From the NCBI GenBank assembly GCA_964016885.1, contig OZ024741.1, positions 262,260,001 through 262,324,000 on the forward strand: 64,000 bases of DNA, read 5' to 3'. A program made the translations under genes and the position numbers. Within the stretch, counting starts at the first letter, position 1; each line of letters starts with the position of its first letter. Of this stretch, positions 11,376 to 24,893 are shown piece after piece. The notes beneath the pieces were generated by a model. It was given only the letters and a program-made list of their open reading frames with translations, did not search any database and was not told the DNA's origin. This DNA comes from Eledone cirrhosa. Its lineage: Eukaryota.

Positions 11376-14300
11376 AAATAACAAATAGACGGGGTTTCAA
11401 ATCTCTATGCTTTTCAAATTCATTACATTAATCTTTATTTATACGTTTCGCTTTACGAGTGTTTCGGCGTACGAGTGTTTCGACTTACGAGTGTTTTAAC
11501 TTACGTGTGTTTCGGCTTACGAGTGTTTCGACTTACGAGTGTTTTTACTTACGGTGTTTCGGCTTACGAGTGTTTCGACATACGAGTGTTTTGACTTAAG
11601 AGTGTTTCGACTTACGAGTGTTTCGACTTACTAGTGTTTCGACTTACGAGTGTTTCGTCTTACGAGTGTTTTGACTTAAGGATGTTTCGACTTACGAGAG
11701 TTTCGATACGAGTGTTTCGACTTACGAGTGTTTTGACTTACGGTGTGTCGGCTTACGAGTGTTTCGACTTACGAGTGTTTTGACTTACGGGTGTTTTGAC
11801 ATACGATTGTTTCGATACGAGTGTTCTGACTTACGAGTGTTCTGACTTACGTGTTTTGACTTACGAGTGTTCTGACTTACGAGTGTTCCGACTTACGAGT
11901 GTTCCGACTTACGAGTGTTTCGGCTTACGAGTGTTTCCGGCTTACGAGTGTTTCGACTTACGAGTGTTTTGACTTACGGTGTTTCGGCTTACGAGTGATT
12001 CGACTTACGAATGTTTTGACTTACGGGTGTTTCGGCTTGCGAGTGTTTCGACTTACGAGTGTTTCGGCTTATGAGTGTTTAGACTTACTAATGTTTTTAC
12101 TTACGAGTGTTTCGGCGTACGAGTGTTTTGACTTACGAGTGTTTCGACTTACGAGTGTTTTGACTTACGAATGTTTTGACTTACGGGTGTTTCGGCTTAC
12201 GAGTGTTTCGACTTACGAGTGTTTCGGCTTGCGAGTGTTTCGACTTACTAATGTTTTTACTTAAGAGTGTTTCGGCTTACGAGTGTTTTGACTTACGGTG
12301 TTTCGGCTTACGAGTGTTTCGACTTACGAGTGTTTTAACTTACGGGTGTTTTGACATACGAGTGTTTCGACTAACTAATGTTTTTACTTACGAGTGTTTC
12401 TGCGTACGAGAGTTTGGACTTACGAGTGTTTCGACTTACGAGTGTTTCGACTTGCGAGCGTTTTGAATTACGAATGTTTCGACTTACGGGTGTTTCGGCT
12501 TACCAGTGTTTCGACTTACGAGTCTTTCGGCTTACGAGTGTTTCGACTTACTAATGTTTTTACTTACGAGTGTTTCGGCGTACGAGTGTTTCGACTTACG
12601 AGTGTTTCGACTTACGGGTGTTTTGACTTACGGGTGTTTCGGCTTACGAGTGTTTCGACTTACGAGTGTTTTGACTTACGAGTGATCTGATTTACGGATG
12701 TTTCGACATACGAGTGTTTCGACTTACGAGTGTTTCGACTTATGAGTATTTCGACTTACGAGTGTTTCGACTTACGAGTGTTTCGACTTACGAGTGTTCC
12801 GACTTACGAGTGTTTCGGCTTACGAGTGTTTCCGGCTTACGAGTGTTTCGACTTACGAGTGTTTTGACTTACGGTGTTTCGGCTTACGAGTGATTCGACT
12901 TACGAGTGTTTTGACTTACGGGTGTTTTGACTTACGGGTGTTGTGAATTACGAGTGTTCCGATTTACGAGTGTTTTGACTTACGGTGTTTCGGCTTACGA
13001 GTGATTCGACTTACGAATATTTTGACTTACGGGTGTTTCGGCTTGCGAGTGTTTCGACTTACGAGTGTTTCGGCTTGCGAGTGTTTCGACTTACTAATGT
13101 TTTTACTTACGAGTGTTTCGGCGTACGTGTGTTTCGACTTACGAGTGTTTCGACTTACTGGTGCTTTGACTTACGGGTGTTTCGGCTTACGAGTGTTTCG
13201 ACTTACGAGTGTTTTGACTTAAGGGTGTTTCGACTTACGAGTGTTTCGACTTACGAGTGTTTCGACTTACGAGTGTTTCGGCTTACGAGTGTTTCGACAT
13301 ACGAGTGTTTCGTCTTACGAGTGTTCCGACTAACGAGTGTTCCGACTTACGAGTGTTTCGGCTTACGAGTGTTTCGGCTTACGAGTGTTTCGACTTACGA
13401 GTGTTTCGGCTTACGAGTGTTTCGACTTACGAAAATAACAAATAGACCCGGTTTCAAATCTCTATGCTTTTCAAATTCATTACATTAATCTTTATTTATA
13501 CGTTTCGCTTTACGAGTGTTTCGGCGTACGATTGTTTCGACTTACGAGTGTTTTAACTTACGTGTGTTTCGGCTTACGAGTGTTTCGACTTACGAGTGTT
13601 TTTACTTACGGTGTTTCGGCTTACGAGTGTTTCGACATACGAGTGTTTTGACTTACGGGTGTTTCGGCTTACGAGTGTTTCGACTTACGAGTGTTTCGGC
13701 TTACGAGTGTTTCGACTTACGAAAATAACAAATAGACCCGGTTTCAAATCTCTATGCTTTTCAAATTCATTACATTAATCTTTATTTATACGTTTCGCTT
13801 TACGAGTGTTTCGGCGTACGATTGTTTCGACTTACGAGTGTTTTAACTTACGAGTGTTTCGGCTTACGAGTGTTTCCGGCTTACGAGTGTTTCGACTTAC
13901 GAGTGTTTTGACTTACGGTGTTTCGGCTTACGAGTGATTCGACTTACGAGTGTTTTGACTTACGGGTGTTTTGACTTACGGGTGTTGTGAATTACGAGTG
14001 TTCCGATTTACGAGTGTTTTGACTTACGGTGTTTCGGCTTACGAGTGATTCGACTTACGAATGTTTTGACTTACGGGTGTTTCGGCTTGCGAGTGTTTCG
14101 ACTTACGAGTGTTTCGGCTTGCGAGTGTTTCGACTTACTAATGTTTTTACTTACGAGTGTTTCGGCGTACGAGTGTTTCGACTTACGAGTGTTTCGACTT
14201 ACTGGTGCTTTGACTTACGGGTGTTTCGGCTTACGAGTGTTTCGACTTACGAGTGTTTTGACTTAAGGGTGTTTCGACTTACGAGTGTTTCGACTTACGA

Positions 14301-16445
14301 GTGTTTCGACTTACGAGTGTTTCGGCTTACGAGTGTTTCGACATACGAGTGTTTCGTCTTACGAGTGTTCCGACTAACGAGTGTTCCGACTTACGAGTGT
14401 TTCGGCTTACGAGTGTTTCGGCTTACGAGTGTTTCGACTTACGAGTGTTTCGGCTTACGAGTGTTTCGACTTACGAAAATAACAAATAGACCCGGTTTCA
14501 AATCTCTATGCTTTTCAAATTCATTACATTAATCTTTATTTATACGTTTCGCTTTACGAGTGTTTCGGCGTACGATTGTTTCGACTTACGAGTGTTTTAA
14601 CTTACGTGTGTTTCGGCTTACGAGTGTTTCGACTTACGAGTGTTTTTACTTACGGTGTTTCGGCTTACGAGTGTTTCGACATACGAGTGTTTTGACTTAC
14701 GGGTGTTTCGACTTACGAGTGTTTTGACTTACGAATGTTTTGACTTACGGGTGTTTCGGCTTACCAGTGTTTCGACTTACGAGTGTTTCGGCTTACGAGT
14801 GTTTCGACTTACTAAGGTTTTTACTTACGAGTGTTTCGGCGTACGAGTGTTTTGACTTACGAGTGTTTCGACTTACGAGTGTTTTCACTTACGAATGTTT
14901 TTCAGCTTACGGGTGTTTCGGCTTACGAGTGTTTCGACTTACGAGTGTTTCGGCTTGCGAGTGTTTCGACTTACTAATGTTTTTACTTACGAGTGTTTCG
15001 GCGTACGAGTGTTTCGACTTACGAGTGTTTCGACTTACGGGTGCTTTGACTTACGGGTGTTTCGACTTACGAGTGTTTCGACTTACGAGTGTTTTGACTT
15101 AAGGGTGTTTCGACTTACGAGTGTTTCGACTTACGAGTGTTTCGACTTACGAGTGTTTCGGCTTACAAGTGTTTTGACTTAAGTATGTTTCGACTTACGA
15201 GTGTTTCGATACGAATGTTTCGACTTACGAGTGTTCTGACTTACGAGTGTTCTGATTTACGGATGTTTCGACATACGAGTGTTTCGACTTACGAGTGTTT
15301 CGACTTACGAGTGTTTTGACTTACGGGTGTTTTGACATACGAGTGTTTCGATACGAGTGTTTCGACTTACGAATGTTCTAACTTACGAGTGTTCTGACTT
15401 ACGAGTGTTCTGACTTACGAGTGTTCTGACTTATGAGTGTTCTGACTTACGAGTGTTCCGACTTACGAGTGTTCCGACTTACGAGTGTTTCGGCATACGA
15501 GTGTTTCGGCTTACGAGTGTTTCGACTTACGAGTGTTTCGACTTACGAGTGTTCCGACTTACGGGTGCTTCGACATACGAGTGTTTGGGCTTACGGTGTT
15601 TCGGCTTACGAGTGTTTCGAGTTACGAGTGTTTTGACTTACGCGTGTTTTGACATACGAGTTTTTCGATACGAGTGTTCTGACTTACGAGTGTTCTGACT
15701 TACGAGTGTTCTGACTTACGAGTGTTCCGACTTTACGAGTGTTTCGGCTCACGAGTGTTTCGGCTTACGAGTGTTTCGACTTACGAAAATAACAAATAGA
15801 CGCGGTTTCAAATCTCTATGCTTTTCAAATTCATTACATTAATCTTTATTTATACGTTTCGCTTTACGAGTGTTTCGACATACGAGTGTTTCGACTTACG
15901 AATGTTTGTGCTTACGAGTGTTTCGGCTTACGAGTGTTCCGACTTACGAGTGTTCCGACTTACGAGTGTTTCGGCTTACGAGTGTTTCCGGCTTACGAGT
16001 GTTTCGACTTACGGGTGTTTCGACTTACGAGTGTTTTGACTTACGGTGTTTCGGCTTACGAGTGTTTTCAGCTTACGAGTGATTCGACTTACGAGTGTTT
16101 TGACTTACGGGTGTTTTGAGTTACGGGTGTTGTGAATTACGAGTGTTCAGATTTACGAGTGTTTTGACTTTCGGTGTTTCGGCTTACGAGTGATTCGACT
16201 TATGAGTATTTCGACTTACGAGTGTTTAGACTTACGAGTGTTTCGACTTACGAGTGTTCCGACTTACGAGTGTTTCGGCTTACGAGTGTTTCGGCTGACG
16301 AGTGTTTCGACATACGAGTGTTTCGACTTACGAGTGTTCCGACTAACGAGTGTTCCGAGTTACGAGTGTTTCGGCTTACGAGTGTTTCGGCTTACGAGTG
16401 TTTCGACTTACGAGTGTTTCGGCTTACGAGTGTTTCGAATTACGA

Positions 16446-19400
16446 AAATAACAAATAGACGGGGTTTCAAATCTCTATGCTTTTCAAATTCATTACATTA
16501 ATCTTTATTTATACGTTTCGCTTTACGAGTGTTTCGGCGTACGAGTGTTTCGACTTACGAGTGTTTTAACTTACGTGTGTTTCGGCTTATGAGTGTTTCG
16601 ACTTACGAGTGTTTTTACTTACGGTGTTTCGGCTTACGAGTATTTCGACATACGAGTGTTTTGACTTAAGAGTGTTTCGACTTACGAGTGTTTCGACTTA
16701 CGAGTGTTTCGACTTACGAGTGTTTCGTCTTACGAGTGTTTTGACTTAAGGATGTTTCGACTTACGAGAGTTTCGATACGAGTGTTTCGACTTACGAGTG
16801 TTTTGACTTACGGTGTGTCGGCTTACGAGTGTTTCGACTAACGAGTGTTTTGACTTACGGGTGTTTTGACATACGATTGTTTCGATACGAGTGTTCTGAC
16901 TTACGAGTGTTCTGACTTACGTGTTTTGACTTACGAGTGTTCTGACTTACGAGTGTTCCGACTTACGAGTGTTCCGACTTACGAGTGTTTCGGCTTACGA
17001 GTGTTTCCGGCTTACGAGTGTTTCGACTTACGAGTGTTTTGACTTACGGTGTTTCGGCTTACGAGTGATTCGACTTACGAATGTTTTGACTTACGGGTGT
17101 TTCGGCTTGCGAGTGTTTCGACTTACGAGTGTTTCGGCTTATGAGTGTTTCGACTTACTAATGTTTTTACTTACGAGTGTTTCGGCGTACGAGTGTTTTG
17201 ACTTACGAGTGTTTCGACTTACGAGTGTTTTGACTTACGAATGTTTTGACTTACGGGTGTTTCGGCTTACGAGTGTTTCGACTTACGAGTGTTTCGGCTT
17301 GCGAGTGTTTCGACTTACTAATGTTTTTACTTAAGAGTGTTTCGGCGTACGAGTGTTTCGACTTACGAGTGTTTCGACTTACAGGTGCTTTGACTTAAGG
17401 GTGTTTCGACTTACGAGTGTTTCGACTTACGAGTGTTTCGACTTACGAGTGTTTCGGCTTACGAGTGTTTTGACTTAAGGATGTTTCGACTTACGAGTGT
17501 TTCGATACGAGTGTTTCGACTTACGAGTGTTTCGACTTACGAGTGTTTCGACTTACGAATGTTCTGACTTACGAGTGCTCTGACTTACGAGTGTTCTGAT
17601 TTACGAGTGTTCTGACTTACGAGTGTTCTGACTTACGAGCGTTCTGATTTACGAGTGTTCCGACTTACGAGTGTTTCGGCTTACGAGTGTTTCGACATAC
17701 GAGTGTTTCGACTTAGGAGTGTTCCGACTAACGAGTGTTCCGACATACGGTGTTTCGGCTTACGAGTGATTCGACTTACGAGTGTTTTGACTTACGGGTG
17801 TTTTGACTTACGGGTGTTGTGAATTACGAGTGTTCCGATTTACGAGTGTTTTGACCTACGGTGTTTCGGCTTACGAGTGTTTTCAGCTTACGAGTGATTC
17901 GACTTACGAGTGTTTTGACTTACGGGTGTTTTGACTTACGGGTGTTGTGAATTACGAGTGTTCCGATTTACGAGTGTTTTGACTTACGGTGTTTAGGCTT
18001 ACGAGTGTTTCGATTTACGAGTGTTTCGGCTTATGAGTGTTTCGACTTACGAGTGTTTTGACTTACGGGTGTTTTGACATACGAGTGTTTCGACTGTCGA
18101 GTGTTTCGATACGAGTGTTTCGACTTACGAGTGTTCTGACTTACGAGTGTTCTGACTTACGAGTGTTCTGACTTACGAGTGTTCCGACTTACGAGTGTTC
18201 CGACTTACGAGTGTTTCGGCTTACGAGTGTTTCGGCTTACGAGTGTTTCGACTTACGAGTGTTTCGACTTACGAGTGTTCCGACTTACGGGTGTTTCGAC
18301 TTACGAGTGTTTTGGCTTACGGTGTTTCGGCTTACGAGTGTTTCGAGTTACGAGTGTTTTGACTTACGCGTGTTTTGACATACGAGTGTTTCGATACGAG
18401 TGTTCTGACTTACGAGTGTTCCGATTTACGAGTGTTTTGACTTTCGGTGTTTCGGCTTACGAGTGATTCGACTTATGAGTATTTCGACTTACGAGTGTTT
18501 AGACTTACGAGTGTTTCGACTTACGAGTGTTCCGACTTACGAGTGTTTCGGCTTACGAGTGTTTCGGCTGACGAGTGTTTCGACATACGAGTGTTTCGAC
18601 TTACGAGTGTTCCGACTAACGAGTGTTCCGACTTACGAGTGTTTCGGCTTACGAGTGTTTCTGCTTACGTGTGTTTCGACTTACGAGTGTTTCGGCTTAC
18701 GAGTGTTTCGAATTACGAAAATAACAAATAGACGGGGTTTCAAATCTCTATGCTTTTCAAATTCATTACATTAATCTTTATTTATACGTTTCGCTTTACG
18801 AGTGTTTCGGCGTACGAGTGTTTCGACTTACGAGTGTTTTAACTTACGTGTGTTTCGGCTTACGAGTGTTTCGACTTACGAGTGTTTTTACTTACGGTGT
18901 TTCGGCTTACGAGTGTTTCGACATACGAGTGTTTTGACTTAAGAGTGTTTCGACTTACGAGTGTTTCGACTTACTAGTGTTTCGACTTACGAGTGTTTCG
19001 TCTTACGAGTGTTTTGACTTAAGGATGTTTCGACTTACGAGAGTTTCGATACGAGTGTTTCGACTTACGAGTGTTTTGACTTACGGTGTGTCGGCTTACG
19101 AGTGTTTCGACTTACGAGTGTTTTGACTTACGGGTGTTTTGACATACGATTGTTTCGATACGAGTGTTCTGACTTACGAGTGTTCTGACTTACGTGTTTT
19201 GACTTACGAGTGTTCTGACTTACGAGTGTTCCGACTTACGAGTGTTCCGACTTACGAGTGTTTCGGCTTACGAGTGTTTCCGGCTTACGAGTGTTTCGAC
19301 TTACGAGTGTTTTGACTTACGGTGTTTCGGCTTACGAGTGATTCGACTTACGAATGTTTTGACTTACGGGTGTTTCGGCTTGCGAGTGTTTCGACTTACG

Positions 19401-22400
19401 AGTGTTTCGGCTTATGAGTGTTTCGACTTACTAATGTTTTTACTTACGAGTGTTTCGGCGTACGAGTGTTTTGACTTACGAGTGTTTCGACTTACGAGTG
19501 TTTTGACTTACGAATGTTTTGACTTACGGGTGTTTCGGCTTACGAGTGTTTCGACTTACGAGTGTTTCGGCTTGCGAGTGTTTCGACTTACTAATGTTTT
19601 TACTTAAGAGTGTTTCGGCGTACGAGTGTTTCGACTTACGAGTGTTTCGACTTACGGGTGCTTTGACTTAAGGGTGTTTCGACTTACGAGTGTTTCGACT
19701 TACGAGTGTTTCGACTTACGAGTGTTTCGGCTTACGACTGTTTTGACTTAAGGATGTTTCGACTTACGAGTGTTTCGATACGAGTGTTTCGACTTACGAG
19801 TTTTTTGACTTACGAGTGTTTCGACTTACGAATGTTCTGACTTACGAGTGCTCTGACTTACGAGTGTTCTGATTTACGAGTGTTCTGACTTACGAGTGTT
19901 CTGACTTACGAGCGTTCTGATTTACGAGTGTTCCGACTTACGAGTGTTTCGGCTTACGAGTGTTTCGACATACGAGTGTTTCGACTTAGGAGTGTTCCGA
20001 CTAACGAGTGTTCCGACATACGGTGTTTCGGCTTACGAGTGATTCGACTTACGAGTGTTTTGACTTACGGGTGTTTTGACTTACGGGTGTTGTGAATTAC
20101 GAGTGTTCCGATTTACGAGTGTTTTGACTTACGGTGTTTCGGCTTACGAGTGTTTTCAGCTTACGAGTGATTCGACTTACGAGTGTTTTGACTTACGGGT
20201 GTTTTGACTTACGGGTGTTGTGAATTACGAGTGTTCCGATTTACGAGTGTTTTGACTTACGGTGTTTAGGCTTACGAGTGTTTCGATTTACGAGTGTTTC
20301 GGCTTATGAGTGTTTCGACTTACGAGTGTTTTGACTTACGGGTGTTTTGACATACGAGTGTTTCGACTGACGAGTGTTTCGATACGAGTGTTTCGACTTA
20401 CGAGTGTTCTGACTTACGAGTGTTCTGACTTACGAGTGTTCTGACTTACGAGTGTTCCGACTTACGAGTGTTCCGACTTACGAGTGTTTCGGCTTACGAG
20501 TGTTTCGGCTTACGAGTGTTTCGACTTACGAGTGTTTCGACTTACGAGTGTTCCGACTTACGGGTGTTTCGACTTACGAGTGTTTTGGCTTACGGTGTTT
20601 CGGCTTACGAGTGTTTCGAGTTACGAGTGTTTTGACTTACGCGTGTTTTGACATACGAGTGTTTCGATACGAGTGTTCTGACTTACGAGTGTTCCGATTT
20701 ACGAGTGTTTTGACTTTCGGTGTTTCGGCTTACGAGTGATTCGACTTATGAGTATTTCGACTTACGAGTGTTTAGACTTACGAGTGTTTCGACTTACGAG
20801 TGTTCCGACTTACGAGTGTTTCGGCTTACGAGTGTTTCGGCTGACGAGTGTTTCGACATACGAGTGTTTCGACTTACGAGTGTTCCGACTAACGAGTGTT
20901 CCGACTTACGAGTGTTTCGGCTTACGAGTGTTTCTGCTTACGTGTGTTTCGACTTACGAGTGTTTCGGCTTACGAGTGTTTCGAATTACGAAAATAACAA
21001 ATAGACGGGGTTTCAAATCTCTATGCTTTTCAAATTCATTACATTAATCTTTATTTATACGTTTCGCTTTACGAGTGTTTCGGCGTACGAGTGTTTCGAC
21101 TTACGAGTGTTTTAACTTACGTGTGTTTCGGCTTACGAGTGTTTCGACTTACGAGTGTTTTTACTTACGGTGTTTCGGCTTACGAGTGTTTCGACATACG
21201 AGTGTTTTGACTTAAGAGTGTTTCGACTTACGAGTGTTTCGACTTACTAGTGTTTCGACTTACGAGTGTTTCGTCTTACGAGTGTTTTGACTTAAGGATG
21301 TTTCGACTTACGAGAGTTTCGATACGAGTGTTTCGACTTACGAGTGTTTTGACTTACGGTGTGTCGGCTTACGAGTGTTTCGACTTACGAGTGTTTTGAC
21401 TTACGGGTGTTTTGACATACGATTGTTTCGATACGAGTGTTCTGACTTACGAGTGTTCTGACTTACGTGTTTTGACTTACGAGTGTTCTGACTTACGAGT
21501 GTTCCGACTTACGAGTGTTCCGACTTACGAGTGTTTCGGCTTACGAGTGTTTCCGGCTTACGAGTGTTTCGACTTACGAGTGTTTTGACTTACGGTGTTT
21601 CGGCTTACGAGTGATTCGACTTACGAATGTTTTGACTTACGGGTGTTTCGGCTTGCGAGTGTTTCGACTTACGAGTGTTTCGGCTTATGAGTGTTTCGAC
21701 TTACTAATGTTTTTACTTACGAGTGTTTCGGCGTACGAGTGTTTTGACTTACGAGTGTTTCGACTTACGAGTGTTTTGACTTACGAATGTTTTGACTTAC
21801 GGGTGTTTCGGCTTACGAGTGTTTCGACTTACGAGTGTTTCGGCTTGCGAGTGTTTCGACTTACTAATGTTTTTACTTAAGAGTGTTTCGGCGTACGAGT
21901 GTTTCGACTTACGAGTGTTTCGACTTACGGGTGCTTTGACTTAAGGGTGTTTCGACTTACGAGTGTTTCGATACGAGTGTTTCGACTTACGAGTGTTTCG
22001 ACTTACGAGTGTTTCGACTTACGAATGTTCTGACTTACGAGTGCTCTGACTTACGAGTGTTCTGATTTACGAGTGTTCTGACTTACGAGTGTTCTGACTT
22101 ACGAGCGTTCTGATTTACGAGTGTTCCGACTTACGAGTGTTTCGGCTTACGAGTGTTTCGACATACGAGTGTTTCGACTTAGGAGTGTTCCGACTAACGA
22201 GTGTTCCGACATACGGTGTTTCGGCTTACGAGTGATTCGACTTACGAGTGTTTTGACTTACGGGTGTTTTGACTTACGGGTGTTGTGAATTACGAGTGTT
22301 CCGATTTACGAGTGTTTTGACTTACGGTGTTTCGGCTTACGAGTGTTTTCAGCTTACGAGTGATTCGACTTACGAGTGTTTTGACTTACGGGTGTTTTGA

Positions 22401-23184
22401 CTTACGGGTGTTGTGAATTACGAGTGTTCCGATTTACGAGTGTTTTGACTTACGGTGTTTAGGCTTACGAGTGTTTCGATTTACGAGTGTTTCGGCTTAT
22501 GAGTGTTTCGACTTACGAGTGTTTTGACTTACGGGTGTTTTGACATACGAGTGTTTCGACTGACGAGTGTTTCGATACGAGTGTTTCGACTTACGAGTGT
22601 TCTGACTTACGAGTGTTCTGACTTACGAGTGTTCTGACTTACGAGTGTTCCGACTTACGAGTGTTCCGACTTACGAGTGTTTCGGCTTACGAGTGTTTCG
22701 GCTTACGAGTGTTTCGACTTACGAGTGTTTCGACTTACGAGTGTTCCGACTTACGGGTGTTTCGACTTACGAGTGTTTTGGCTTACGGTGTTTCGGCTTA
22801 CGAGTGTTTCGAGTTACGAGTGTTTTGACTTACGCGTGTTTTGACATACGAGTGTTTCGATACGAGTGTTCTGACTTACGAGTGTTCCGATTTACGAGTG
22901 TTTTGACTTTCGGTGTTTCGGCTTACGAGTGATTCGACTTATGAGTATTTCGACTTACGAGTGTTTAGACTTACGAGTGTTTCGACTTACGAGTGTTCCG
23001 ACTTACGAGTGTTTCGGCTTACGAGTGTTTCGGCTGACGAGTGTTTCGACATACGAGTGTTTCGACTTACGAGTGTTCCGACTAACGAGTGTTCCGACTT
23101 ACGAGTGTTTCGGCTTACGAGTGTTTCTGCTTACGTGTGTTTCGACTTACGAGTGTTTCGGCTTACGAGTGTTTCGAATTACGA
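16446..23184 (+). repeat. HOR array: 2273 + 2273 + 2193 bp
   Basis: Cassette starts 16446, 18719, 20992, 23185. The third unit lacks 80 bp (5 monomers) near 21960. Confidence 0.92.
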
Positions 23185-24893
23185 AAATAACAAATAGACG
23201 GGGTTTCAAATCTCTATGCTTTTCAAATTCATTACATTAATCTTTATTTATACGTTTCGCTTTACGAGTGTTTCGGCGTACGAGTGTTTCGACTTACGAG
23301 TGTTTTAACTTACGTGTGTTTCGGCTTACGAGTGTTTCGACTTACGAGTGTTTTTACTTACGGTGTTTCGGCTTACGAGTGTTTCGACATACGAGTGTTT
23401 TGACTTAAGAGTGTTTCGACTTACGAGTGTTTCGACTTACTAGTGTTTCGACTTACGAGTGTTTCGTCTTACGAGTGTTTTGACTTAAGGATGTTTCGAC
23501 TTACGAGAGTTTCGATACGAGTGTTTCGACTTACGAGTGTTTTGACTTAAGGGTGTTTCGACTTACGAGTGTTTCGACTTACGAGTGTTTCGACTTACGA
23601 GTGTTTCGGCTTACAAGTGTTTTGACTTAAGGATGTTTCGACTTACGAGTGTTTCGATACGAATGTTTCGACTTACGAGTGTTCTGACTTACGAGTGTTC
23701 TGATTTACGGATGTTTCGACATACGAGTGTTTCGACTTACGAGTGTTTCGACTTACGAGTGTTTTGACTTACGGGTGTTTTGACATACGAGTGTTTCGAT
23801 ACGAGTGTTTCGACTTACGAATGTTCTAACTTACGAGTGTTCTGACTTACGAGTGTTCTGACTTACGAGTGTTTTGACTTATGAGTGTTCTGACTTACGA
23901 GTGTTCCGACTTACGAGTGTTCCGACTTACGAGTGTTTCGGCATACGAGTGTTTCGGCTTACGAGTGTTTCGACTTACGAGTGTTTCGACTTACGAGTGT
24001 TCCGACTTCCGGGTGCTTCGACATACGAGTGTTTGGGCTTACGGTGTTTCGGCTTACGAGTGTTTCGAGTTACGAGTGTTTTGACTTACGCGTGTTTTGA
24101 CATACGAGTTTTTCGATACGAGTGTTCTGACTTACGAGTGTTCTGACTTACGAGTGTTCTGACTTACGAGTGTTCCGACTTTACGAGTGTTTCGGCTCAC
24201 GAGTGTTTCGGCTTACGAGTGTTTCGACTTACGAAAATAACAAATAGACGCGGTTTCAAATCTCTATGCTTTTCAAATTCATTACATTAATCTTTATTTA
24301 TACGTTTCGCTTTACGAGTGTTTCGACATACGAGTGTTTCGACTTACGAATGTTTGTGCTTACGAGTGTTTCGGCTTACGAGTGTTCCGACTTACGAGTG
24401 TTCCGACTTACGAGTGTTTCGGCTTACGAGTGTTTCCGGCTTACGAGTGTTTCGACTTACGGGTGTTTCGACTTACGAGTGTTTTGACTTACGGTGTTTC
24501 GGCTTACGAGTGTTTTCAGCTTACGAGTGATTCGACTTACGAGTGTTTTGACTTACGGGTGTTTTGAGTTACGGGTGTTGTGAATTACGAGTGTTCAGAT
24601 TTACGAGTGTTTTGACTTTCGGTGTTTCGGCTTACGAGTGATTCGACTTATGAGTATTTCGACTTACGAGTGTTTAGACTTACGAGTGTTTCGACTTACG
24701 AGTGTTCCGACTTACGAGTGTTTCGGCTTACGAGTGTTTCGGCTGACGAGTGTTTCGACATACGAGTGTTTCGACTTACGAGTGTTCCGACTAACGAGTG
24801 TTCCGACTTACGAGTGTTTCGGCTTACGAGTGTTTCGGCTTACGAGTGTTTCGACTTACGAGTGTTTCGGCTTACGAGTGTTTCGAATTACGA

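Larger units (their letters stand above)
5976..19617 (+). repeat. Tandem duplication of a 6299-bp block; the second copy is 7343 bp because of a 1044-bp internal addition
   Basis: Matching translated landmarks at offset 6299 (6095/12394, 6686/12985) and offset 7343 (6686/14029, 8475/15818, 9626/16969, 11899/19242); 12985 to 14029 is 1044. Boundaries are approximate. Confidence 0.85.
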
